A stretch of DNA of 63,861 bases, the filler included, from Reticulomyxa filosa (lineage: Eukaryota; Protista; Foraminifera): assembly GCA_000512085.1 (NCBI GenBank). It is 18 parts of 18 records of this genome, joined end to end, with 100 filler letters (N's around TTAATTAATTAA, not from the genome) between each part and the next. Parts side by side here need not be neighbours in the genome. Positions count along the whole stretch, not along the records: positions 10,142 to 11,783 come from ASPP01016024.1; positions 11,884 to 12,999 come from ASPP01009034.1; positions 13,100 to 17,788 come from ASPP01018703.1; positions 17,889 to 19,320 come from ASPP01037953.1; positions 19,421 to 23,646 come from ASPP01005469.1; positions 23,747 to 25,344 come from ASPP01011208.1; 12 more parts are not named here. One strand, given 5' to 3'. The notes beneath the pieces were generated by a model. That model did no database searches. It was not told the origin of the DNA and saw nothing but the letters and a program-made list of their open reading frames with translations. Shown piece after piece: positions 11,756-25,444 of the stretch. How positions within the stretch are numbered: position 1 is the stretch's first letter; the number at the start of each line of letters is the position of its first letter. The position numbers and the translations under genes are program-made.

Positions 11756-13188
11756 AGCGGGCAGACGAGGCCGCTAGAATCTCNNNNNNNNNNNNNNNNN
11801 NNNNNNNNNNNNNNNNNNNNNNNNNNNTTAATTAATTAANNNNNNNNNNNNNNNNNNNNNNNNNNNNNNNNNNNNNNNNNNNNAAAAAAAAAAAAAAAAT
11901 GATCATAGAATAACACAAAACAACAACATCACGGCCTTACTTACAAATTCTCAAAAAGTACCTGAACATTTTCACTTTAAGGTTTTTTATTTTTTTATTC
12001 TTATTTTATGAGAGGGACAAAATGGTTTTTTTGCGTGAGAGACACACTTTAAAAAATTTGCTTGTGAATTGTGCTATATTTTGAACAGACCAACAAGTTA
12101 GTAACTATGAGCGTTTATCCATGAATATTTACATATATATTTTTTTTTTTTTAAATTTCTTTTGTACAATTATTTTGCTGTTATTTTCTTACTTGTGAAT
12201 GACAAAAATAAAAGGGAAAACAGCAGAAAAAGAACACGACAAGAAGTTAATAATCTATACGTCATTGCTCCCCCCTTTTTTTTTTATTTGACAACTGTTT
12301 GTATGTTTACCCCCCCCCTTCGCCTCCATTTATCAGATGGAAACTGCTGTGGAAAGCCCAGCTTCAGTTAATTGCATTTTGAATTTTTATATCGATCACG
12401 AAAAACGTTAGACGAATTGGTGATAACAGAACCGATTTGGTGCCAATGTATTCGGTGCTGTTGATAGAATTCCTATAAAGGTTTTTTCTGCTGTGTATGT
12501 ATTAATCCCCATATATAATTTTTTTTGTTTACGTTGTATAGACAATGGAAATGCTTACTTTTCAAGCCATTCAAAGCTAACCTAAATTTTGATTTGGAAT
12601 GTTTTGATGATCCTGACGTTTCTTCAGGTTCCTCGAAAAGTCCTTTTTTTATTGAGGTTTGAGGCAAGTAAAAACCTACCACACTTTTTTATGGTATAAA
12701 TTCATTTTGTGCAACTTCATACATCTGAAGAAATGTCATTCGTCTAACGGTATATTCCTAGGTTGAGATTCTTCTTGCAAGTAACGTACATTGCACAGCT
12801 GATAAACCAAAAAAAAAGTAAATGAATTGTTTTTTTGAAAATGTCAGCTGTTCAGGTTCTTTTTTTTACACAATCATTTGACCCTAAACATGAACAAAGG
12901 CTAAAAAATGCTTGTGAACGCAAAAGGTCCAACAGTTTAAAAGCCTCTGCCGAGCGTAAATCCTTTTCCACTAAATTTTTATTGTTGATACGACATTTTN
13001 NNNNNNNNNNNNNNNNNNNNNNNNNNNNNNNNNNNNNNNNNNNTTAATTAATTAANNNNNNNNNNNNNNNNNNNNNNNNNNNNNNNNNNNNNNNNNNNNA
13101 AAAAATAATTTTTTTAAGGAAATAAATCTTTGATTTTTTTTTTCCCTTCCGCTCACGTTGTATTTGTTTTTATCGTCTTCAAATGTAG

Positions 13189-15894
13189 ATTCAACAATAT
13201 GGACAAGATATGAAGCGTGAAATTTCAGTGCAAAGGAGATTGGCTTATGCCACCGAGGAACTGATGCAAGAAATGGAGGGCGAAAAGCAAAAGCAAGATT
13301 TATTGATTGACCATCTCAACAAACAAATTTATGACGTCCAAACGCAAGACGAAATTTATAATGGACAGGTTTGACCTTCTTTCTTTTACTCCAAAAAAAA
13401 AAGTTTGGAGTGACTTTTTAAAAAAAACTCTTTTTTTTTTTAAAATTGTACATATGGTGATTAGTTGATAGCACAACAAGAAGAAACGATAACTGCAAAA
13501 GAAATTCTCCACGCGGCACTGTGCGAAATGGATCGTATAAAAGAGGAAAAGCGAGAGTATTTAGGACGATGGAAGGCGTGCATGGTTGAAATCGGAAAAA
13601 GAGACGAAGCCATCCAACAGGCAAAAAAAGTGGTGGAGAGTCTGAAGCAAACGATATCAAATACGGAGACAGAAATCGAGGGCATCCAAAAAGACATCAA
13701 CGCAAAGCAATGGGAACAAGAGAAAATTCAAGAGTCTATTGACAACACCACCAATGAGCAAATGCTATTGCAAAACCGAGTCGAGGAAGCAATCAAAAAA
13801 GAAAAAGAGTATCAAACTAAAATTGTAGCTGTTCGCATTAATTTAGAAAAAGCCGAAACGTAAAAATAAATAAATAAATAAATTACACTCTTTCTTTTTG
13901 CATCCAAAACACCACCTGACTCCAAAAAAAAAAAATAGAGCCTTTAAAAGTTTGCAAGGAGAGCAGAAACAGTGGCAAGAGCAAATAAAAATAACCGAAA
14001 AAAAGTACGTTAAAGTGATAGCAGATATCCAAGAAGTAAATGAAAAAATTCAGAATTGCGTGAGTGAATCATTAACGGTGAAGCATGACGCTAGTCACAT
14101 GAGTGAAAAAATAAAAAAGCTTCAACAGCAGCTGAACGAAAAGGAGTTGATTTGTGAGGTGCAAAAAAATGACATTGCGAAATTAAAAATGGAACACATT
14201 TCGATGGAAAATACCATTCAAAACTTGGCCCACATGTTTCAAGAGGTGAACAAGCAATACTCTGAAAAAGAGAAGATTGTCGAAGATTACGAAAATGAGC
14301 TTAAAAAGTTGGCCGATTTGGCCAGCAAAAAAACTAGTTTGTTGGATCGTTTGAACCGAAGGTACGAGCAACTTACAAGTAAAATCATTTCATATGACGG
14401 CGGTGCTGGAGTTGGTATTGGCGCAGGAGACGCTGAAGGAGACGCTCCCAGTCAAGCTATCATGTCGCCACTACAACACACGATTGGCCATTTAAACAAA
14501 GAGATGCGAGAGTCCGAACAACGCTGTGACGATTTACAAAAGCAATGGATTACTAAACAGACACTTTTGGTCAATTTGCTCAACGAATCCGAAAAAGAAC
14601 AATCGGAAGTCGAAACACTTCATGCTCAAGCCAATGTGTTGTATCACAAAAAAATGAGGTTGGAAAACGAAGTGCAAGGTCACCACTCCGAATTTCTGGA
14701 ACTCAAAAATAGCATCAAAGAGATCAACAAAGACTTGAAAAAATTTCAAGAATTTATTCACTTGTTCAGTGAACAAGAAAAATTTTTGACCAATGAATTC
14801 CAAATCACTGAGCTACAATTCAAAGAGAATTTGAAAGATAAAGAAAAAGAAATGTCAATTCAACAAGTCAAAATTGAACAGGTAAATGAAGTTTTTTGAT
14901 ATGTAAATCCCCTGTTTTTTTTTTGTGGAGAAACTCACGAACAGCCAGAATTTTTTTTTAAATGGTAGTTGGTCAATGAACGGAATGAAATTATGCAAAA
15001 AATCGAAATAATTGAAAGAAAAACACTACTTTACGAAAGAAAATTACAACTTGAGATAGAAACGCAACAAGCATTAAATCCAAGTGGTGAAAAGAAAGAA
15101 CTGAATGATATGAAAATGGAGGTGCACAGAATGGAACTACGCCATCAACAATTAAAGAAGAAACAGGAACAAATGGTTCAAGAGTTAGAAGTGGCGATTC
15201 ACAAGAAGGAGCTTTTACAACTAAAAAACTTAGGGAAAGCTCGAAAGAGTGCAAACTCTGGAAACCAAAACCCCATGCCCGTTGAAACTCAATTGACAAA
15301 ACAAATTCACTTCTTGAAAACGGCAATTGAATCCAATATAAAAGAACAAAAAAAATATAAAAAGCTAGTCTTTGACCACTTCGACGACCGCAATAAACTA
15401 AGCAAAACTTTGCAAAACTTACAAAGTGAGTATTCTGCCGTCACTGAACAGTGTCAATCTTTGCAAGAAAACATTGCTCAAAAGAAATTTGAAAAAAGAC
15501 TGGTACGCTTGTATTACGTTTTCATTTGTTCTTCATTTAAATATCTATTGTTTAAGTTTAAACATTTGAGGTGAAAAATGAAATAACTGGTCCAAACTTA
15601 ATTGTGTATACATAGAACGTTGAGTTAATTTCACTCACACAAAAGCAAGCATACGATTTAGAAAAACTTATTGCGAATAACCAGACAAAAAAAAAACCAG
15701 TACAAGGCAACAACGAGAACATTGACAGGCCGACATCATTGAGAAGCAAAAACATGGAGAAAATATTTGCAGAGCATTCTGCTGAATTGAACAAATTGAA
15801 TTCTGTGCTGAAACAATTAGCAGAAACAAACCCACAAAAACAGACATGGTTCCAAAAAACATTAGACTCACTTGGAGAAAACCAAAAACAATAA
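13189..15894 (+). CDS. CCDC40: Coiled-coil domain-containing protein 40 (axonemal 96-nm ruler), 5'-truncated, multi-exon
   Basis: MKREISVQRRLAYATEE...EKQKQDLLIDHL|LIAQQEET..AKEIL..ALCEMDRI..EK...L.RW.......KRDEAI, CDDLQKQWITKQT.LV and LLYERKLQLE.ETQ.AL......EL..MK.EVHRMELR..QL.K.QE.MVQELE all match CCDC40. The last exon ends with TAA at 15892-15894. Confidence 0.85.
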
Positions 15895-17888
15895 ATTTAA
15901 AATAAATCTCGCAAAACGTGTAATATACACTAGTTTTGAATATGTCATTTTCAAATAAGTTTAATTTTAGCTATTTTAACAATTTTTAAAAAGTTTAGTA
16001 AAGATAAAATGAAAATTTTAAATTGAATCTATGTCATTAATGTTCATTAAATGTCTTAAATTTTATTTAGATGCTAATTAACAAACGCAATTGTGTTCAG
16101 TAAACTCGAAATGAAAATCTTAAATAAAATAATTAGACAAATCCAATATAATAAGTACATTGAGTTGCATATAGCTATGACATGATGCAATTGACTACTT
16201 CATCATGATTTAATCAAATATCTTGTATTTTGAAAGTTTAAAATTAACTTAATTTGATTTTGTCTTCTTTGTTGATACTTGATTTAATTTTTAATATTTG
16301 TAACGTTGCGTTTATATTTAAATAAAATTACAAACATGCAAAAATGTATAAATACAGTATAATTCAAAGTAAATTTGATAAATAAATATGCACATTATAT
16401 ATAATTTATTTTCTTCATGAAAAAACAACATTTAGACATAATTTTTTCTAAAAAATGTACTAATATTGTAGTTTTTAAATATCATTTTGACTTTTTATTA
16501 AATCTTTTAATGAGTTTGAATATTTTATTGATTTTTGAAATATTCAAACTTTTTTTTAAGCATTTTCAAAAAGTACTAAATATATATATTAGCATTCTAC
16601 ATTGAATAATTTTTTAGCAAATTTAATTTTTTGTATAAAAAATTATTCATCATAGAAAAGTACTTTTTTACAATTATAAAATATCTATTACTTGTACTTT
16701 TTTGCAATAATTTGGTCATTTTTTAATTTTATTTTATTTGTAAACTTTGCACATGCTATATTTAATATATTATTTTAAACATATAATTTATTTGAATTTT
16801 ACTTTATATATTTTTTGCATTTGTATAATTTTATTTTATTATATACTAAATATTTTCGAATACTTAATGTATTCATATAAATTTTTTATTTGCATTATTT
16901 TATTATAACATCATTTGTTTATAATATAAAAATAATTTATATTATATTTAATTTCATAATTTGCTAACATATATTGATCATTATTATATCAATATTTAAT
17001 AAGTTGTTTCTTTTTCAAACATATCATTACTATATCATATGTTAATATTTTTATAAAAAATATAACTTTTTAATTTTAATGTATAATTTTTGTATGTTTG
17101 CAAATTCAAGTTTTTAATTTATGTTTTATTGTAGTTTTTTTGCAATTAACATTATAATTTTTTTAGCAATTCTTTTTATTTTCTTTATTATTATCTTTAT
17201 ATTATTTTTTGTTTTTACAATAATATATTAATATTAGCACAATTAATATTAATACGTATTTATTGTACTAATTATATAGTAATCATTATAATATTAAATT
17301 ATGCAAAACCATAAATATAACTTTACGTTAGCTATTATAAATACGTAAATGACAATACATAATAATATATTTCCGAAAATCAGCATTGTCCAAATTATAT
17401 ATTTATTTTTCAAAGAAAACATATTATTAATTATATAATTGTAATATCAGTTTTCAATATTTATATTATACTTTTTATATTTATTTTAGTATATTTTTGT
17501 TATTTAATTTTTAACTATTATAATAACAATATTTTAAATTCTATTTGTTTGTATATTTTAGAACTTTTAATATATCTAATATTACATAATACTTATTTAA
17601 TATATTGTAATATTATTGTTATATACAAATTTATTTTTATAAGTGTTTTTTTGAACATACAAAACTGTTAATGAATAATCATTTTGTTCATTACAAATAC
17701 ATTATAATATTTCCTGTTTGATTTTTAGTTATGAAAATTTCTTTTGTTTATATAAGCGTAAAAAAATAAAACGAAAATGAAGTCACACNNNNNNNNNNNN
17801 NNNNNNNNNNNNNNNNNNNNNNNNNNNNNNNNTTAATTAATTAANNNNNNNNNNNNNNNNNNNNNNNNNNNNNNNNNNNNNNNNNNNN

Positions 17889-18208
17889 GCAGCTCCGTTG
17901 TTGTATTCCAAAATCCACCATTTGGTCGATTCTCGTATGTCGCTTCAATGCTGTTGTCCATGTCACCGACTTGTTGCAGTTGCCGTTGTTGCTTTTTTGT
18001 CCTGCCATCACGTTACCACTGCTTCCGCATGAGTATCCGTTGTTGCAAGGCGTCCAATAGTAGTAAATGTACTTCTGTTGTAACGTGACGACATTGACAC
18101 TGATGACAACGTCAATGTGTAGCCGCTGCTCATATAACCGCAGCTTTGAGACAATGCTCCTTGAAGTATTGCACAAAGGTCAATCAAAGATGGAATTGAA
18201 AGCAACAT
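17889..18208 (-). CDS. Secreted or membrane protein with a possible MRH (mannose-6-phosphate receptor homology) domain, partial and frameshifted
   Basis: Signal-like MLLSIPSLIDLCAILQGALSQ is followed by SCGY..GYTLTLSS and, in the adjacent frame, YYWTPCNNGYSC...AGQK...C. The Cys/aromatic spacing is MRH-like. Confidence 0.35.
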
Positions 18209-18616
18209 GTCGTTGTCTTTCTTTTTATATGATCTGAGCTTTTTTTCCCCTTTTTTTTTAAAGAGATTGTGTGAACACAAAAAAAAAAGTAAGTAAACAA
18301 AAAAAACACATGATTGTGGATTACTTTTTTTGCATCAATTAAAAAAATTAAACATTTAAAATTTGTTAAAAGCATTGTAACATCTAAAGAGCAAAAATGT
18401 AGAGAAAAAGATGTACCATATTGAAAAGACTTAAAACGAAAAAAGTATTGTGATTAATCTTTCAAGTGAATAGGTACAAAGGAGAATGAAAAAAGGAGTT
18501 TGCTGGATGATGTCGACGGACAAGGCAAGTGAAGGAACAATCAAAGCATGCAAAAGAAAAAGACGATCTAAATGTTCCCCCGACTAGAATTGTGTACAAC
18601 AATGATGATAGGTGAA

Positions 18617-19320
18617 TTAAATAAAATCGGTACAACCCAAATTTAAAAAAAAAAAAAGAATTTGAGAAAAGGAGGGAATTGACAGCATGAAATTGGACGT
18701 TATTACAAAAACAAAAAAAGAGATATGATATGAAAATGCAAATATGAAAGCCGAGCAAAAATTGAAACTCGAAGAAAATGGGAACACTTTGAGCAAGACC
18801 AACCGACAACATTTAGAGAGGCCCAATGCAGTCAATCTTGGTCTAGTATGCCATTTGAACTTATTGACTTCCGCAAGTTTTCTATATATGTAATATATAT
18901 GTATTATATGTATATAATAGTATTGGTGTACATGAAAAAGAAAAGAATAGCAACATATTATATACATATATATGTATATATATGTATATGTATTGTAACA
19001 GCACCTTGTGCCGAGTAAAAGCAGAACGCCGAGAATCAAGACGAGTGCGATGCAAGCAACGGCGAAGGAGATCAAGGCCCATGCCAAATGATAGTTTTCC
19101 ATGCCGGCCCAGGTGGTGGTGCCCAAGCCGATGGACTTTTTGCCGTGGAAGCGGTCCACGGGGAACCACGTCACTGCGGTCACTGTCACAGTATCTCCTT
19201 TCGACAAGTCCTGTTTGCGGATCACGCGATGCAGCTTACGAAATTTCGACAGCGCCGCCACTCGCATCCATACTATCAAATCTTCGTTGATAACTTCGGG
19301 CAATCGCAATCCAATTTTTT
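18617..19320 (-). CDS. CDC50: CDC50/LEM3-family P4-ATPase beta subunit, C-terminal part
   Basis: NEDLIVWMRVAALSKFRKL...FPVDRFHGKKSI..GTTTWAGMENYHL followed by a TM helix is the CDC50 C-terminal signature. The 3' end is approximate because of introns. Confidence 0.85.
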
Positions 19321-21936
19321 NNNNNNNNNNNNNNNNNNNNNNNNNNNNNNNNNNNNNNNNNNNNTTAATTAATTAANNNNNNNNNNNNNNNNNNNNNNNN
19401 NNNNNNNNNNNNNNNNNNNNGATAAAAAGTCCATAGAGCTAATACAAACAAGTAAATTGGTACATCATCATTTTTTTCTTTTTTTCAACAGTGCAAATGA
19501 AACTTGGTTGTGTTTGAAAAAAAAAACTGCAAGCATAAAATACCCACATTGAAGTGATGATGTTAAAAGTTCTCTTTTGAGTTTTTTTGTATTCATTTTT
19601 ACTAGGTTATACTGACACGACATAATCAAAAAAAATATGAGCCCAAAGCAGAAGATCTAGATGACTTGTAATAACAAGCTTTTATCTTGATTTTTAGTGA
19701 GATTGAGACAACTCCATTTTTTTTATTGAGTTGTTTTACCTTGAGTAAATTTAGAGTATTCACTTTTCCTTTTTTTTGTTTTGACAAGAATACCCAATAA
19801 AATTTTAATAGCAAATTTCGGAGGAAAAACTTACGAGTTGCTTCTTTTCTTTTTTGCACAATTCTGTAAGTTCAAAAAAATATGCGAAAATTAAAACAAG
19901 TCAATATGGAGAAACATTATTTGGCTCTAAAAAAAAAGGAGTTAATATCTTCTTTCTATATTCCAATTCTGTTTCTAAAATTTCTTATGTTAGTGACTAT
20001 TGATTGTCTTCGAAAGTGAAAAAATACTATTACACGTTTTTAATTCAGTACAATCTTTGGGACAATATTAGAAGTATGCTTATCCAATGATGGAAAAAAC
20101 ACACTGGTATATTTTGTGAGGGGAAACGTGCAGGAGATATACATTATCTATTAGCTGTAAAGTTAATTTATAGATCAGTTTCTTTTTTTCACGAAAAAGA
20201 TTTAAATTTGTTACTACATTTTCAACTTTATCGGTTGATATTGTTCTATTTTAGAACTCGTTCAAATATGTGTGTATTGAAGGGTGAAAAACTCATTATT
20301 TTAGCAGTTCCTATTCACCACTTTTTCAATAGAGCGTATTTTATTTCTGGTGGATAAGATTATGTAATTTTGTTAATTTTTCGTCTTTTTAAATGCTTGA
20401 CATGCAACTTCATGAAGACAGTTGAACTAGTCTTTACAACACTACATTTAGATTATCATACAGTTCCTAGTGCCAATCAATGTTTGACTATCTTCATCTG
20501 ACATTTTTCAGCTTAAAAGTTAAGTAATAAGTTATCGTTCATTGCCTTGCTCTCGACCCACTTTTTTTAATTAAGAAATACTTGATTGATTTTTGTTTTA
20601 GTTACACATATGAATTTACACATTAAAAAAATTTTATTTAACAAGGCGATAACCGTATTTATACTTTACATTTTGCTTTGTGAATCTTTTTATTGTTTAA
20701 AAAAGGCATTGTATGAATATTGAGACGACTAACTGTAATACTAAATGAATTTAGTTCCAAAAAGCAACTTCAGTAAAAGGAAATTAAATTAACAAATAAT
20801 TTCAACACAATAAAGGAAAACAATTAAAGAAAACACAAAAGTGAGTTCGTTGTGAAGAGGGTTTTAACCCACCAGTGGTTCCACCGTTCCATTAGTATTT
20901 GAGATTATATATAGTGACTTGCCCTACACTGTAATCAAAAGAATTGAAAAATGCAATCATAATCTAAAATAACACGTGTCTTCATAAACTAAAACATACA
21001 CAACATTTGACTTAAACCTCCACATAGTCAGTCAATAAAAAAAGTTTTTTTAAGCTAGAATTTTTCCAGTTAAAAAATCACACGTCCAGAAAAAACATAC
21101 TCAAAAGAAAAAAAAAAGGAAAAGATAAACAAAACTTATAAAAATCGAAAAAAATAATTTAATGACAAATAGATCGCTCAACGTTTGAAAACAATTTTAG
21201 CTATTCAATGAAAACAGTCATTTTATATCACTATATGTTATCGACTGAATTCTAAGCCATCTGTTTCAAAGTGTTGAAATATATGATTTTATTTGATTTG
21301 TTGAAAGGAGTATATTAAATATCAATATTTTCAAACACACAAAAAAAAGTTAAACTCTTATCGCAGTCAAAATATTTGTGCGCGAACTGATATCATGTAT
21401 TTAGTAGCAAATTGATTCAATTTGTTTATCATTCTTGATTATGTCTAATATTGTTTGGCCTCTTGTTTATCTCATCTTCGTTTGGACAGTTGCTATTTTG
21501 AAGTAGTTGACATATCGATATGATATTTTCAACTAGTATAAAAAAAAATTTTATTAGTTTCTTTTCTTGATCTTGTCTTCGCACCGCGTTCACAACGAAC
21601 TTTACTGACAATGAATATCGTGTTAAATCTTTGAATACATATCAAAACTCTTTTGTACTGATATATGTTCAGTATCTAGCGTTTCTATCTTTTGTCTATT
21701 TTAAAAAAGTTGTACAGTTTGCTGATGTTGTTTTTGGTATTACCTTGTACCGTTTAGTATTATAGTTGATTTGAATGTGTTTCTGATATTAACTTTCTAG
21801 TTTTTAAGAATTTCGTTTTTTAGGACTTAGTTTTTATTTTGCATTTATATTTTAATGGTATTCACGAACAATTTTGAATAGAAGTACTGGCCCATTTTTT
21901 TTCTCTTTAAAAAAATTTAGTTAAATATGTTTAAAA

Positions 21937-23045
21937 TCAGCAAGTCCATTCATTAATAAAGTTTTGAACAAAGGCAACAAGAAAATCGTGTCTTGGTTTT
22001 GCTAAGCGTTTGGCAGTATCTGTTTTCATTAAATCTTTTAACAACAATAATTTATCAAAGAAATGTCCGATTGTTGTATCTTTTGCTTTTCCAGAATTTG
22101 TCCAAGTGTCTACGGACATTGTTGTATCCTGTTCATTTACGTAATTAAACATTGAAGTATTACGACTTCCACTAAAACAAAAAGTTCTTCCAATTCCAAT
22201 TGCACCAATTGCATCTAAACGATCCGCATCTTGAACGCATTTAATCACTGGATTGTTTTCTAAAAATTTTATATATTCAGAATGCTGTACTGGATCTTTT
22301 TTATGTTTTTGTTCTTTGCTGTAAGAGACGTAGTCAATTATTTCTTCTATTTTTTTAATGTATTCTTGTGAGATTCCATATTTCACAAGAATATTATTGA
22401 GATCTTCACTTTTTTCTTTTTTTGATTCACTATTTTATGTTTATTTAATTCATACATTTAGTTAATGATAATATGTTGTTGTTTTTTTTTAACTTGTATT
22501 TGTGGTCAAAGACATCATGCAACAAAGCACAAAGTTCAATTAATTTCAATTGTTCATCATCCATCTTTTCGCATGTACCAATGTACAATGCTAATTTGCG
22601 AACTCGCAATATGTGATTATAGTCATGCGAACCATCATATTTACTCATGCTTTTTTTTACTATACGTAACCACACAAATATTTTATGTTTTAATTCAATA
22701 TACGCATACGTACACTTTTATAAATCTGTACCAAATATCTCGATCTCGTTTCTAAACTCTGGATCCATTAATGATTTTAGTGATATCTAAACATTTGCAT
22801 TCAAACACAACAATAACATTTTGAATGCAAATAATTTTGAAATGTACACAAACCATATTGGAATGCTTGTCAATTAGATTCCACGAGAAATTGCAGCAGT
22901 CTTCGCTCTTCTTTATTTTTTTGCTTTGTGTTTGTTTTGACTCTTCGCTTCCATTTGAATGGTCATGGGTATCATCTTTATGAGAATCGCTTAGGTTTCG
23001 TTTGCGACTTAAAGTTGAGACGTCTTCCACTTTTCGTTCCGACAT
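21937..23045 (-). CDS. HD-domain metal-dependent phosphohydrolase (YedJ/YpgQ-like), 3 exons
   Basis: SHDYNHILRV, ALLHDVFDHKY, VQDADRLDAIGAIGIGRTF and HFFDKLLLLKDLMKT..AKRLA..RH motifs are spread across three ORFs separated by introns. Confidence 0.85.
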
Positions 23046-23385
23046 AACGTTCCTTCTTAATTCGTCTCAAAAAAAACTTTTTAACGTAGCTACAAGCAAA
23101 CTGTTAATTTAGTAAATTTTATCAAGAGTAAAAATAACTTTAATGGGATTGCTTCCATTAGATTACTTTTAAAACAGCGTGAAATTAAAATTTTCTTTCA
23201 AATATAAAAAGACAAAGTTTTATTTAAACATCCCCAACAACTAATTAATTTGCAATGATTGTTAATATTGCATCAATTAAAAAAAGACCAAGTTTTGCAA
23301 TTTTACAACGATACTAATTTGTCTTCTTCAGTTATTTTTTGTTTTGCTTTGTTTCATATCTTTGTTTTCTTCCGCTTTTATCCAG

Positions 23386-23543
23386 TTACTCCACTAAAAA
23401 CACCTCGACATCTTTCACACGAAATGGATGAGCACCTGCCAGTGTCCCTGGTTTCCGTGAACCACTATAGGAAGAAGATGGATTTGAATAATTACCATCA
23501 GCTGCATTGCAATTATTGCATAAGTATATTTCATGGCCATGTC
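23386..23543 (-). CDS. TLDc-domain protein, final exon
   Basis: After a CAG acceptor: GHGHEIYLCNNCNAADGNYSNPSSSYSGSRKPGTLAGAHPFRVKDVEVFLVE-TAA. This matches the TLDc C-terminus (G.D+YI...C....YS....SY....LAG...F.V.E+EVF). It is not in the ORF track. Confidence 0.75.
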
Positions 23544-23746
23544 CTGATGTAGCATTCCATATAAATTATAAAATTCTTAAAAAAAAAAAAAAAAAAAAAA
23601 ATATAATTTTTGAATATTCTCCTTTTTTTTTTTTTTTTTTTGATATNNNNNNNNNNNNNNNNNNNNNNNNNNNNNNNNNNNNNNNNNNNNTTAATTAATT
23701 AANNNNNNNNNNNNNNNNNNNNNNNNNNNNNNNNNNNNNNNNNNNN

Positions 23747-23786
<40 letters not shown>

Positions 23787-23789
<3 letters not shown>

Positions 23790-25344
23790 GTCACAAAACC
23801 TGTTTGAAATGATAAAAATGAACCACCACATGGGACTGAATGTGGAGGTGGTGCAGCAGTTTACTCGCCAATTGGTGTTTTCATTGCTATTGTTTCAACA
23901 ATGCCAATTGGTGCACAGCGATTTGAAACCCGAGAACATAATGATTGACAATGCGTGGGGAAGTCGAATCGTGCCATCTTCTTCATCTGCATCTGCACCT
24001 GCATCTGCATCTGTATTGATACCGACATCAACATTGACAGCAACATCAATATCAACATCAACATCAACATCGGTGTCAGCATTTTCGACATCCCCATATC
24101 AATGCAAAATCAGCATAATCGATTTTGGGACGGCGTTTTCGCTGCGCGAACTTCAAAACACGCAAAGAGTGGCGGAGCGCATGTACATCCAGTCTCGACA
24201 CTACCGATCGCCGGAGGTGATGTTGGGCAGTCGCGAACCCTTTTCGTATTTCGTGGACATTTGGAGCGTTGGTTGTGTGGTCGCGGAACTATTGCTTGGC
24301 ATCCCGCTGTTTCCAGGACAAAATGAAATGCACGTGCTCCATCGCATTACCAAGTTGTTGGGCGAGTGTCCGTCGCATTTGATCAAAGATTCGAAATATG
24401 GTCCCCGTTTTTATAAGAACAATGACAATGATAATAATAATAATAATAATAATAATAAGAATACAGAACAGAGCCAAAGTCCAAATGAAAAATCCGAGTC
24501 TGAAAGATGATGATAATAAAGAGTCGCGATTCACATTAAAGTCGTGCGAGGAATATTGCCAGCAATACGGCCAACCGTATTCGGAAATGAAGACGTACTG
24601 TCCCGGAAATACGCTTTGTGACATGGTGATGCAAAAGCGGTCAAAGGATGTGCAGCGCTGCCTCGCTGCGTGCACCTCCATGACCGTCCAAGAAAAGCTT
24701 GACAGACTCAGGGCCCAACTCACCACTGAAATGCCCTTGCTGAAGCTGGCCATGGACTTTGTTGTGCGCTGTCTGCAATGGGACCCTTGTCGGCGCTTCA
24801 ACGCGCAGCAGCTCTTTATCCATCCCTTTGTCGGAGGGCACTTGCCCAATGTTAGTCCCATTCCTGTCATTACTACGACATCGACATCAACACTTGCCAC
24901 TACCACTGCCACTACCACTGCCACTACCACTGTCACTGCCACTGCCACTGCTAGTGTTACTACTGGTCCCATTCCATCCTCCAATCACAATCACAAAGTT
25001 GTTGTTTTTTTTTTTATTCTTATTTTTGCTATTATTATTATTATTATTATATATGTTATTCTCTTTTTACTTTTCAAAAACAAACATTTGAAACAATACA
25101 CACATACAAGGCTGCAACGACCTCGTCATCACTGGCAATTAAAGAAGACGAATGACGGACAAGACAGCGAAGCAAAGGCAACAACAGCAGGAACAAACAT
25201 AGAAACAGAAACAGAGGCGGGAACAGGAATAACGCGGGAAACAGAAATAACCACGGAAACAGCGATAACAGCAGGAGAAGTCAATACCGAAATCGCGATA
25301 AAAACGGAAATGCGAGAAAGCGAGAAAAAGAGTGAGAGTGAGAG
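23787..25344 (+). CDS. DYRK-family (Yak1-like) CMGC protein kinase, partial, frameshift near 24500
   Basis: LSQNLFEMIK, HSDLKPENIM, IIDFGTA, YIQSRHYRSPEV and DIWSVGCVVAELLLGIPLFPG. The C-lobe continues in the next frame (LKSCEEYCQQ...DFVVRCLQWDPCRRF...HPFV), including a Yak1-type insert. Confidence 0.85.
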
Positions 25345-25444
25345 NNNNNNNNNNNNNNNNNNNNNNNNNNNNNNNNNNNNNNNNNNNNTTAATTAATTAA
25401 NNNNNNNNNNNNNNNNNNNNNNNNNNNNNNNNNNNNNNNNNNNN

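Noticed and set aside
11884-12999. Exon-like fragments in this contig, and similarly in 57606-58831 and 62479-63861
   Set aside because: No continuous frame or recognisable domain could be assembled.
21937-23045. HD hydrolase as the cognate alarmone hydrolase (antitoxin) of the RelA/SpoT-NLR
   Set aside because: It is on a different contig, and its motifs (DADRLDAIGAIG) are YedJ/YpgQ-type rather than SpoT/Mesh1-type.
24420-24520. Programmed frameshift in the Yak1-like kinase (also the shifts in DUF2189, Kelch and 7TM genes)
   Set aside because: The shifts lie in or near homopolymer or microsatellite runs and also affect the bacterial contig, which points to sequencing indel errors or ordinary decay.
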